A DNA stretch of 64,000 nucleotides from Macrostomum hystrix (Eukaryota; Animalia; Platyhelminthes). How positions within the stretch are numbered: the first letter of the stretch is position 1; each line of letters opens with the position of its first letter. A program made the translations under genes and the position numbers. The stretch spans positions 8,990,001 through 9,054,000 of the forward strand of contig CATNEN010000003.1 in the NCBI GenBank assembly GCA_950097015.1. Direction: 5' to 3'. The notes beneath the pieces were generated by a model. That model was not told where the DNA came from, did not search any database, and saw nothing but the letters and a program-made list of their open reading frames with translations. Of this stretch, positions 10,496 to 22,419 are shown piece after piece.

Positions 10496-13400
10496 CTAGA
10501 TCTGTAAATTCCCAAGTATACTGAACACGGTGGCAAGCCTCTGCAAATAGCCTTCAAACCTCGCGGGGGGTCTGATTTGTCTGCGCGGACGGCTTGTCAC
10601 TCCTTCCCTTTCTTCATTCTGTGCAATGTACATGCCTCCTTCTGAGGTGGCTGTTGCCAGACCCTCAGCTATCCCTTCGCTTTCGCTCTCCTCTTCACTG
10701 CTCGTAGCCTCAGGCTCGGTGTATGATTCATCCTCAATTTCTACCTCAGCTCCTAGTTCCAAATCTTCTCCATTAATTTCACTTGGGTTTTCTCTAAAAT
10801 GACATTGCCATTCTAATCTGTCTTCTTCCTCTTCGGATTCATCTTCCTCTGTTAGAACAGGTCTTTCCTTTTCCTTCGGCTGGCTTCCCCTAACTTTGAC
10901 CTCTGTCTTCTTAGCTTTCTTCTCTGGTGCGGCCTGGCTTCCCCTAATTAATTCCTCTTGGGTCGAATTAGGCACAATAGTTATGTTGTCTCTGTGGACA
11001 ATCATGACATTGCCCACTAGCTGTCCTTGCTCCTCTTTTTGCACTCGAAATACTACATCTGATATTTGCTCTATTACTCTGAAGGCTGATCTCTTTTTCC
11101 TATGAAATTTGTGCGACTCCTCGCTGTCCAACTGTGGATTATTAATCAACACTAGACTTCCAACTGGGACTGTCTTAGGCAATTTGCTGTTTTTCGCAGA
11201 CTCTTGTCTGTTACTGACAACCTTCTCCATCTTTCTTCTGACAATGTCATTAGCGATCTTCAGCCGTTCGGCATGCTCTGTTACATAAGATGGATAACTG
11301 GCAAATGACTTGGGTTGGCTGATTTCACTATCCACAGGCATCACTGCTTCCCGACCAAATAACAGGTAGTGGGGAGTAAAGCCTGTGGTTTTGTTCACAC
11401 TAGTGCGGACCGCGACTAATGCAGCTGGGATCATTAGGTCCCAATCACTGTGATCTTTCTCAATGAGGCAAGTTACTATCGACTTAATTTGCTTGTTAAA
11501 TCTCTCCACCAATCCATTGCTTTGGGCATGGTAGGGTGTTGTAAACGTATGCTTCACGTTATACATTTCGCAAAAAGCTTTGAACTGCTTGCTAGCGAAT
11601 GCCTTGCCATTGTCTGTGTGTAACCACTGACATTGCCCATACTCTGCGAAGATTCTTTCCTGTAAGATTTTGATCACAGTATCTGACTTTTGATTTCTAG
11701 TTGGGAATGCAAACGGATATCGAGTGGTGCTATCCACAATAGTTAGGACATACTTGTGCCCTCTTTTGCTCTCTTTGGATAGTGGTCCTATAAAATCGAC
11801 ATGCAGGCGATGGAAAGGTTCACTGATAGGGAACGATTGCACTGGCGCCTGAATCGGGTTTCCTCTCTTGCTTTCCAGACACGGAATACACTCTGCGATA
11901 TGAGCTTCCACTGCTTTGACCAATCCTGGTCTCCAAAATCTCTGCCTGACACGTTGAATTGTTTTATCGCGTCCCAAATGTCCTGCTAGTGGGCTATCAT
12001 GCAGATCGCTGAGAACTAGCTTATCCAAGGACTGGGGCAGTACAACTTTCCAACTGTCATCTTCGCTAATGATTAGCATCTCATTCTCTACCTTCATATC
12101 CTCAAAGGATTTCCTCATCTTCTTCAATTCTGGGCTGACAATTTCAGGTAACTGGGGATTGTTCTCTCCTGATTTCTTCCATTCAATTAGCACTTTAATT
12201 ACTGGGTCATCTCTTTGTGACGCAATAATTTGCTCTCGTTTCAATGGGCTGGGTAAGAAATCGGTCAATAACTTCTCGCACTTGCTACTTGTTGCTTGCA
12301 GCATATTCTCACTCTCAATAGGATTAAATTCTTCAGGAACTGGACTCGGAAGCGGAATGCTGGAGTCATCTTCAGGTTCACTGGGAATTCTCACCTCTCC
12401 TTGTCCTGAGATAGTAGACTGGATCCTGCTATTGGGATCTAACGTCTTTTTCTCTCCTTCACTTAGGGCAGTCTGGGGCTGTGTCAAGCTATATAAGCTA
12501 TCATTAGCCTTGACTTCCTGTCCTGACTCTTCCATTACACTGCAGCTTTGCACTATCGGCTCAACAACTTGCTCTGCTTCAGGGACATCAGCTGGTCTTC
12601 TTGACAGACTGTCAGCGTTCTGGTTCTTTGCACCGCTTCTGTGTTCTATATCGAACAAGAATTCGTTTAGGCGCTCGACCCACCGACCAAGAATTCCTTG
12701 AGCTTCTGTTTGCCTTAACAGCCAAATTATCGCCTTATGGTCCGTTCTTGCCAAAAACTTCTTGCCTAACAGGTAGAAACGGAAATGCCTCATGGCATCC
12801 ACTAGGGCTAAGAGTTCTTTTCTAGTGATAGGGTAGCGTTTTTCCGACTCTTTCATAGCTCGGCTGAAATAAGCTATAGGTCTCTCTATGCCATCTGATT
12901 GGATCTGGCTAAGTACAGCGCCAATACGGCTATCACTTGCATCGGTATCCAATACCATCTTCACCTTCTCGTCTTCCACAAATTCGGGATACGCTAAGAC
13001 TTCAGTGGACATCATCCGGTTCTTTAGCGACTCAAACGCTTCGTCATGCTCTTTGCTCCATCTCTCTTGAAAGTTCTTAATTCCTTTCCTTGTTAGCTGG
13101 AAAAGGGGATGGGCAGCTTCTGCATAATTTTTAATGAAGCGGCTATAGTAATTACATAGGCCAAGGAAACTGCGCAACTCTTTTACATCTTTTGGCTTCG
13201 GCCAGGTCTTAATAGCTTCAATCTTCGTCTCATCCGTACGGATACCTTCTGTACTGATCACATGTCCTAAGTACTTTAATTCTCTATGAAAAAGGTTACA
13301 TTTCTTTGGCCTTAGCTTCAATCCTGCGATTATTAATCTCTTGAACACTTCCTTTAGATGGGAAAGGTGGTCATTAAAGTTCTTCGAATAAGTAACTATA

Positions 13401-15244
13401 TCGTCTATATACGACATAGCAAATTGATGTTGAATCCCTAAAAGTACAAGATTCATGAGCCTCTGGAAGGTTCCTGGGGCATTGGACAAACCTTGCGCCA
13501 TAACCTCATACTCAAACTGGCCTCGGGTTAAAGTAGAGAAGGCGGTCATGAACTTGTGTTCTTCCTTTATCGGCACCTGCCAATAACCAGAATTCAAATC
13601 GAGACTACTAAAGTACTGACTACCAGATAAATAGGTGAAAGTCTGATGAATGTTAGGAAGCGGATACGGAACATAGTTCACCTTCGAGTTTAACACTCTG
13701 AAATCACTTACAATCCGTATGGATCCGTCCTTTTTCGGCACAATGACTAGTGGTGTAGAATAAGTTGAATAACTGGGCCTAATTAAATTTTTCGCCAACA
13801 TATCATCCAACTGTGTGTCGACTTGCTTTTGGAGATGGGGTGGTATTCTCCTAGTTGGGATCCTCACGGGAGTCTCATCCTTCAGTGAGATCTCATGTGT
13901 GATCAGATGGGTCAAACCCATATCCAACTCATTCTGTGAAAAAGCCTCGCGATGCTCCTTCATCAATTCGATGACTGATTTCCTCTGGTCATCGGTAAGA
14001 TCTTGACCAATATTAACTTCATTAATCCAGGCATCTTCCACAGTTTGTGTCTGGTTGACTCGTCCGGTAGGTTGACTGACTATTTCCTTTTCGGCTTCGA
14101 AGTATTTCAACTCACTTGCCTTCACTGGTTTGGCTAGGCCTACCAATGTTGACTTCGATAGCTTCACCTCAACTGGATTGTTATTCACAATCTCCACAAT
14201 GGCGGAACCTTCTCGCATTGTGACTAGAGTGGGAGCTATCTCGACTATCAATTCTTTGGCTTTTACGCCTTCGCCAATCATACTCACTGTCATAGGTGTT
14301 CCAAAATTGCACTCGGCATCTCTCGCCAATCTCACTGGGATTCTCAACGCACTATTTGCAGGAATCACTACTTTCTCCTGAGTATACACTCTGCATACTT
14401 TTACAGGTAGATGAGTGAACTGCATAGGAATGCTTGCTCCTTCATTTAGAATCAACATGCCTTTAGCAAGATGAATGCTATCACAATGTCCTAGGAAAAA
14501 TTCCATTCCTAAGATATTGTCGCTCTCATGTCCACACAAAAGGAATTCTATTTCTATCAGGATGTCTCCGAATCTAACTGGAATACAACTCTCGCCTTCC
14601 AATTGTACTCTGGTTCCGTCGAAAGTAGAGACTCGCTTGTCCGTACTCCTTATCTGTTCTGGCTTAAGTAATTTTGACCAAATAGATTTGCTCAAAAAGC
14701 TGTTCCTAGCCCCTGTGTCTAGGATAAAATTAATTTCCTGATTCTTAAATTTTCCTACAATTACAGCTTCAAATCCTTCAGGTTTAATAAGTTCTAGTTT
14801 AGAATTAGAAACAAATACTTTGCGTTTATTCTCACGTGTCCTTGAGTATTTTCCAGATGTTGCGGCGGCTGATCTCGGTGCTGATACTTCGGAAGCTGGT
14901 TCCTCCAGGACTGACATGCAGGGGGCTGACGCAATGGTTGCTGATACAGATGCCGCTGGGGCTAACGCAATGGGTGCTGACGCAGATGGTGCTGACGCAA
15001 TGGGTGCTGACGCAGATGGTGCTAACGCAGATGGTGCTAACGCAAATGGTGCTGACGCAGATGGTGCTGACGCAATAGGTGCTGACGCAGATGGTGCTGA
15101 CGCAGGGTAACTCGATTGCTTTTGTGCATTACGCAAATTCGACGACTGGGCTTGGTATCGCCGATTCTTAGAGGCCTGAGGTTCGAATCGGGGTTTACTA
15201 GAGGGGCGCGGCCTCGACTCTCGTCCCTCGATATTCAGTTTCCC
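10496..15244 (-). CDS. pol: Pol polyprotein (aspartic protease, RT, RNase H, integrase), expressed by -1 frameshift from gag
   Basis: ILDTGA protease motif, YIDD RT motif, DTDAS...ELLA...RTDH RNase H, HHCC (HDSPLAGH...CIPC) and DDE integrase. The frame is open from the GGGAAAC site through the annotated 1546-aa ORF. Confidence 0.97.
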   Translation of the reverse strand, partial: GKLNIEGRESRPRPSSKPRFEPQASKNRRYQAQSSNLRNAQKQSSYPASAPSASAPIASAPSASAPFALAPSALAPSASAPIASAPSASAPIALAPAASVSATIASAPCMSVLEEPASEVSAPRSAAATSGKYSRTRENKRKVFVSNSKLELIKPEGFEAVIVGKFKNQEINFILDTGARNSFLSKSIWSKLLKPEQIRSTDKRVSTFDGTRVQLEGESCIPVRFGDILIEIEFLLCGHESDNILGMEFFLGHCDSIHLAKGMLILNEGASIPMQFTHLPVKVCRVYTQEKVVIPANSALRIPVRLARDAECNFGTPMTVSMIGEGVKAKELIVEIAPTLVTMREGSAIVEIVNNNPVEVKLSKSTLVGLAKPVKASELKYFEAEKEIVSQPTGRVNQTQTVEDAWINEVNIGQDLTDDQRKSVIELMKEHREAFSQNELDMGLTHLITHEISLKDETPVRIPTRRIPPHLQKQVDTQLDDMLAKNLIRPSYSTYSTPLVIVPKKDGSIRIVSDFRVLNSKVNYVPYPLPNIHQTFTYLSGSQYFSSLDLNSGYWQVPIKEEHKFMTAFSTLTRGQFEYEVMAQGLSNAPGTFQRLMNLVLLGIQHQFAMSYIDDIVTYSKNFNDHLSHLKEVFKRLIIAGLKLRPKKCNLFHRELKYLGHVISTEGIRTDETKIEAIKTWPKPKDVKELRSFLGLCNYYSRFIKNYAEAAHPLFQLTRKGIKNFQERWSKEHDEAFESLKNRMMSTEVLAYPEFVEDEKVKMVLDTDASDSRIGAVLSQIQSDGIERPIAYFSRAMKESEKRYPITRKELLALVDAMRHFRFYLLGKKFLARTDHKAIIWLLRQTEAQGILGRWVERLNEFLFDIEHRSGAKNQNADSLSRRPADVPEAEQVVEPIVQSCSVMEESGQEVKANDSLYSLTQPQTALSEGEKKTLDPNSRIQSTISGQGEVRIPSEPEDDSSIPLPSPVPEEFNPIESENMLQATSSKCEKLLTDFLPSPLKREQIIASQRDDPVIKVLIEWKKSGENNPQLPEIVSPELKKMRKSFEDMKVENEMLIISEDDSWKVVLPQSLDKLVLSDLHDSPLAGHLGRDKTIQRVRQRFWRPGLVKAVEAHIAECIPCLESKRGNPIQAPVQSFPISEPFHRLHVDFIGPLSKESKRGHKYVLTIVDSTTRYPFAFPTRNQKSDTVIKILQERIFAEYGQCQWLHTDNGKAFASKQFKAFCEMYNVKHTFTTPYHAQSNGLVERFNKQIKSIVTCLIEKDHSDWDLMIPAALVAVRTSVNKTTGFTPHYLLFGREAVMPVDSEISQPKSFASYPSYVTEHAERLKIANDIVRRKMEKVVSNRQESAKNSKLPKTVPVGSLVLINNPQLDSEESHKFHRKKRSAFRVIEQISDVVFRVQKEEQGQLVGNVMIVHRDNITIVPNSTQEELIRGSQAAPEKKAKKTEVKVRGSQPKEKERPVLTEEDESEEEEDRLEWQCHFRENPSEINGEDLELGAEVEIEDESYTEPEATSSEEESESEGIAEGLATATSEGGMYIAQNEEREGVTSRPRRQIRPPARFEGYLQRLATVFSILGNLQI
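14915..15110 (-). repeat. In-frame 15-bp coding repeat (ASAPS/ASAPI) in the gag-protease spacer
   Basis: GCGTCAGCACCATCT-type tandem units. Confidence 0.9.
15195..15244 (-). promoter_or_regulatory. -1 programmed ribosomal frameshift signal
   Basis: G GGA AAC slippery heptamer (15244-15238) directly before the gag TGA; downstream GAGGG...CCCTC stem; the -1 frame is continuous with pol. Confidence 0.88.
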
Positions 15245-16134
15245 TGATATCGGTACTGCTGCTGCTGCTGTGAGCTCTTGCAGTACTTGGCAATATGCCC
15301 AACTTTGTTACAGTTAAAACATGTCGGCGGAGGCCTCGACTGTTGCTGCGGCTTCAGGTACGTCTTCGGCTGCATGAGCGGCTGAGGTGTTACTCTCTGG
15401 CATTCAGCCTTCCTTCTTTCCTGAATCAGGTCTTCAATCAGCTTCTTCTGCTTATTGATTTCATACTTCTGCCTCTCGATGGTCTCCTCCATCTTCTTAT
15501 TCCGATCCTCGTCGAATTGCTCGTCTTTAACAACTCGAACTCCACTCTTGTGTGACATATGCCACGCTGCTTCGATGCGTCTCAACATCCTTCTAGCCTC
15601 TTGCAGGCAGGCTGGCTGTGCAAATATTAACTTTTCCCTAGTGTCGGAAGGGATTCTCGCTCCTTTAATGAACTGCTCTACTACTTCCTCCTCCCTTTGT
15701 TCTGCATTCATATTGGGGAATGCTTGCGCGGACAACTCAATCAAGGCATCTGCGAATGAGTCAACGGGCTCATTCCTCCCTTGCATTCTACCTCTAAATT
15801 CCTCCCTAAACTCGGCTGAGCTTCCTAGTCTTCCGAATCTTTCGATTAGTCTTTCCTTCAACTCCTCATACGTTAAGTCTTCTGGCAGATTCAAACGCTG
15901 AACGGCTGCAAATGCAGTCGCGAGGTCTAGATTAGCTAATAGCTCATTCTTCCTATGTTCATCCTGTTCTAATCCTTCATTGTCGCATCTCTGATCAAAT
16001 GCTTTGAGCCAAATTCTGATGTCCTGGCTAGGTGTGTACTTTTGGATCTTTACGTGTCTCATGGGTCCTAATTCCAGTCTATTTCTTAATTCTTCTGCTA
16101 ACAAGCCAATAGCATCATTGATTCCTGCGGCCAT
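15235..16134 (-). CDS. gag: Gag (capsid plus single CCHC zinc knuckle), 299 aa
   Basis: CFNCNKVGHIAKYC knuckle, capsid-like QGRNEPVDSFADAL motif, and position just after the PBS. Confidence 0.96.
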   Translation of the reverse strand: MAAGINDAIGLLAEELRNRLELGPMRHVKIQKYTPSQDIRIWLKAFDQRCDNEGLEQDEHRKNELLANLDLATAFAAVQRLNLPEDLTYEELKERLIERFGRLGSSAEFREEFRGRMQGRNEPVDSFADALIELSAQAFPNMNAEQREEEVVEQFIKGARIPSDTREKLIFAQPACLQEARRMLRRIEAAWHMSHKSGVRVVKDEQFDEDRNKKMEETIERQKYEINKQKKLIEDLIQERRKAECQRVTPQPLMQPKTYLKPQQQSRPPPTCFNCNKVGHIAKYCKSSQQQQQYRYQGN

Positions 16135-16182
16135 ACCTTTATCTAACTTTCAGACTGACTGTGTGCTTTAGCTGGATTCCAA

Positions 16183-16201
16183 TCCTTTACCGCTGACACC
16201 A
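16183..16201 (-). other. Primer binding site, tRNA-Leu-like (TGGTGTCAGCGGT...)
   Basis: Three nt (ACT) after the 5' LTR CA; TGGTGTCAG is complementary to the tRNA-Leu 3' end CUGACACCA. Confidence 0.85.
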
Positions 16202-16204
16202 AGT

Positions 16205-17003
16205 TGTCGTAGGCCTACTTCTTAAATCCCACTGCTTTCACCAAATTGATGTAGGGCTCCTTACTAATATCTTACAGCTGCCACTAAGTTGTCGTAGGCT
16301 CTCTCCTCTTTGGGTTTAAATATCACCGATACTCTTTTATTAAATATTAACAATTGCTTATTTCACACCTTGGATTACCCTTTGAAATAACTCTTAATTT
16401 CCCTTGTCTATGACTTAGTTATTCTTCATAGGCTAGCTATGTATCCTCTTATTGCATATGCATATATTGTTTAACTTGGCCAGATAGGCTGCTTTCCTTC
16501 CAAAAATTTGGTAGCGTTCTCACGAGTGTCCGAGCGGCAAGACACTTCTTCCTCTCCTCTACTTACTCACAACTGTCTGGCTCTCTGGTTTGTTCCCAGT
16601 CTTTCAAGGCTTCCAATGGACTGAAGTTGCCCAACTTTGCACACAGTGCTTTTCCACCAATCGGGATTTACCCTTCTGCTCTTTAGTTTTACACTCCACT
16701 GCTTTTTATGACTATTCCTTTCTTTATTCTTTCGAATATTCCTGGCTTGTGTATTAACACGGACCTGCTTTTCTCCTTTCTAAAATAATTGAAAAACACT
16801 TTGAGATTTATTCTCCTTTTTGCTCTCCGAACTGGGCACGGGGCACCGGTTGGGGCTTTTTGGGTTAAACTGCGTCTATATTTATAGCAAAAATTGGGGC
16901 GGGTGGTGCAACACATTAAAACAAACCAAAAATATAAAACTGAGGAAAAGCATTTGGCGGGAATTCAACTTTAAGAATATACGATAAATTTGGGCCTGCC
17001 TCA
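16205..17003 (-). repeat. 5' LTR (799 bp) with E2F-like site, GC/CCAAT box and TATA
   Basis: TTCCCGCCAAA 16963-16953, GC box/CCAAT 16903-16893, TATAAATA 16886-16879, AATAAA 16812-16807 and 16728-16723. Confidence 0.97.
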
Positions 17004-18309
17004 TTAATTTAAAAGAGTTTCAGTTTTACACTAATTTTTCATAAAAGAAATATTAGGCCTAGTGCCCCATAAAAATTATTTTCTGTGCATTAAATCAATA
17101 CAATAGGGTGCTGGTTCCACACATTTCATAGAAAATAGCCTTTGCATGTACCCAAGAAATATAAATAGGGGTTATTTGGAGCTAAGGGTGGTTATGCAGT
17201 TTATGTATATTGATCACTCGGTGTCAGTAGTTTATGATGGTTAAACAATGTGATTCACTGATTGTGATAGCATTTTATTTTTGGCCCTAGGCCTACCTCA
17301 ATTTTAAAATAAAAAGTTTATAATCTCATAAATCTGCAACATTTCCCTTTTAAATCAGTCCTAATCCTTACAACAAAGTGTAGCAATGCTTATCTCTATC
17401 TTTGTCTCTATTAGTACTGTTTCACTTGACAAGAGCAGTCTCTCTCTATGGCTCTTAGGCACCAGTCTTTGTTAGGCATTTTCCATGAATCAGAAGGTCA
17501 TAGCCTCAAAGAACCAGTGCAAAACTTTAACACTTTTTTAACTCTACTTAATTATAGCTTTTTTTGCTTTTTGCCCCACTGGGCATGTTGTATTGTTGGA
17601 CAGAAATTGCAACCACATACACCAAATATATTTAATTAAAGTCAGTAAATTTTACAGAATTGGTACCAAAAATGTATAATATTTTATATATAAATAATAT
17701 TTGAGGAGTTACAACAAAAAAATTAGTAGCAATTTGATTCTTAGAAAATGCTTCTTTATATAGGGGGGCCTACCACATAATGACCTTAGTTAGCCAGGCT
17801 TTTTACATGTTTCATAAAAAATAATTTAGTAATTTAACATTTAGCTAGGCCTAAGGCCTACTTATGTCAAAATATTGATTTGTTACTATCTACAGAGTTA
17901 ATGTTTTCAAGGCCAACAGGTTACAAATATAGGCTGCATGCCATGACACTTGCTATAATTTACAAGATACAAGTTCACTGTATGATACATTAAATTATGG
18001 TACAATCTATATTTTGAATCATGTTGATGTTACAAATGTCAAATATGCCACTATCCTATTCTGTTTTGTGAATGCTCAATTTGTATCATATCACATGGCT
18101 AGACTTTAGTTGATCTATTTTATCATTGTTTGACTCCTGGTTTTTTATTCCAAATCATACTGCCATTGTGGCACTTTGGCCTATGTTTAACAGTAGCTTA
18201 AACATTTTTGTGTTTTTTATAATAATAATAAATATAATTATATATGGTCCAATTGGGCCAGGAATGTAGCTCATAGCACAGCCACCTGATTTTACACATC
18301 TTAAGATAG

Positions 18310-18490
18310 TTTATGGTTCATCAGTCCATGGACTGGGAAGATGCCACACCCACCATCAATTACCCCAGCTAATGCTGACCAGTACACATTCAACAGCTGG
18401 GTGAACTGAAGCAATACTGTGGGGTTAGGATTCTAACAAAAATCTAAAAGTTGAGTTCTGCACTCTAATCACTCAACTACAACCCCCCAG
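18310..18490 (-). mobile_element. Degenerate SINE (family B body)
   Basis: Shares CAGTCCATGGACTGG...CAGCTAATGCTG...AACAGCTGG...GAACTGAAGCAAT with 43510-43615. Confidence 0.75.
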
Positions 18491-18621
18491 TGAATGTTAT
18501 CAACTTATATAGCTTGTTTATTTAAAGTTGCAGATAATGTTTTACAAAATGTCTTACTTAAAAATCTATACTCAATATGGAATATTTAATTTAAGATTTC
18601 AGTGTTAAAGCCAATACTGAA

Positions 18622-21090
<2,469 letters not shown>

Positions 21091-21387
21091 TTTGAGCACA
21101 CCCTCTGCTCATTGACTTATCGATATTTTTGTTATTTTAGTTCTCAAGCGATAGACTTAACATAATAATGCGTTACCTTCCACTGATTCCAAGAAAGATT
21201 TTAGATACATTTAGTCTATTAGGGATAATTGTAGACTTTTTGGACCATTTTCCTGTTACCCCATAGCTACAGTCCTTCAGTGCGTCCGCTGTTACCCCAT
21301 TGCCCAGTATATCCTCTGCCATCCCATTCCCCAGTTAATCCTCTTTTATCCCATCCAATCAAACACTCTTTTATACCGTTCCTCAGT

Positions 21388-21875
21388 ATATCCTCGGTTA
21401 TCTCATTCCCCAAAATATCCTCGGTTATCCCATTCCCCAATATATCCTCGGTTATCCCATTCCCCAATATATCCTCGGTTATCCCATTCCCCAATATATC
21501 CTCGGTTATCCCATTCCCCAATATATCCTCGGTTATCCCATTCCCCAATATATCCTCGGTTATCCCATTACCCAAAATATCCTCTGGTATCCCATTCCCC
21601 AATATATCCTCGGTTATCTCATTCCCCAAAATATCCTCGGTTATCCCATTCCCCAATATATCCTCGGTTATCCCATTCCCCAATATATCCTCGGTTATCC
21701 CATTCCCCAATATATCCTCGGTTATCCCATTCCCCAATATATCCTCGGTTATCCCGTTCCCCAATATATCCTCGGTTATCCCATTCCCCAATATATCCTC
21801 GGTTATCCCATTCCCCAATATATCCTCGGTTATCCCATTCCCCAATATATCCTCGGTTATCCCATTCCCCAATAT
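21388..21875. repeat. 27-bp minisatellite (TATATCCTCGGTTATCCCATTCCCCAA) downstream of the AUH stop
   Basis: About 18 near-perfect tandem copies. Confidence 0.97.
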
Positions 21876-22419
21876 TTATTTATTTATGAATAGTTATTTC
21901 ATTGATCATGCACTGCTATTATAAAATTGAATATAAATAAATTTAATTAATGCTAGGTCTTGTCAAAATGATAACTTTGTACATATTTAGACGTACTTTT
22001 TAATTTTAATTTTAACCTGTACAGGCTTAGTGACTGTTTAAAAATATTTTGTTGTATGCCTTTTAGTGAGGCGCACTCTTATTGGCTAGCAGGCACGAGT
22101 ATTGCGCGTGTGTTTGGGCATGCAAATAAAAGTTTGTAAATTGCTGATAAATTGGGCGGAGACAGAAATAAAATTGTTTCTTTTAGAAGAAGTGTTCAGA
22201 CAAATAGTTAGAAATTGAAAGGTCATGTTTATTTCTGCTAATTCTAGCGCGTTATTTTTGCAGTTCCTAATTAAACTAACGTCCTTGTGACATCCTGAAT
22301 TCCTTGCTGTTTCGAAAGAACATTTTTTCATCAAATTCGACGACAGTAGAAGAAACTTAGGCCCAGATCGAGAAAAAGAAGAACAAGAATTGGACAGTTA
22401 GCTTCTCTAACGGGAAGGC

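Larger units (their letters stand above)
8063..17003 (-). mobile_element. Full-length, recently inserted Ty3/gypsy LTR retrotransposon with three ORFs
   Basis: Two 799-bp LTRs (TG...CA) that look identical by eye, 4-bp TSD TTAA (8059-8062 and 17004-17007), PBS, PPT, and uninterrupted gag and pol in PR-RT-RH-IN order. Confidence 0.98.

Noticed and set aside
12069-12701. 210-aa and other plus-strand ORFs within pol and gag
   Set aside because: Antisense shadows of long coding frames with no motifs.
21267-21924. Periodic ORFs (GNGITEDIL)n / (ISSVIPFPN)n
   Set aside because: Translation of a 27-bp minisatellite whose unit is a multiple of 3; no gene context.
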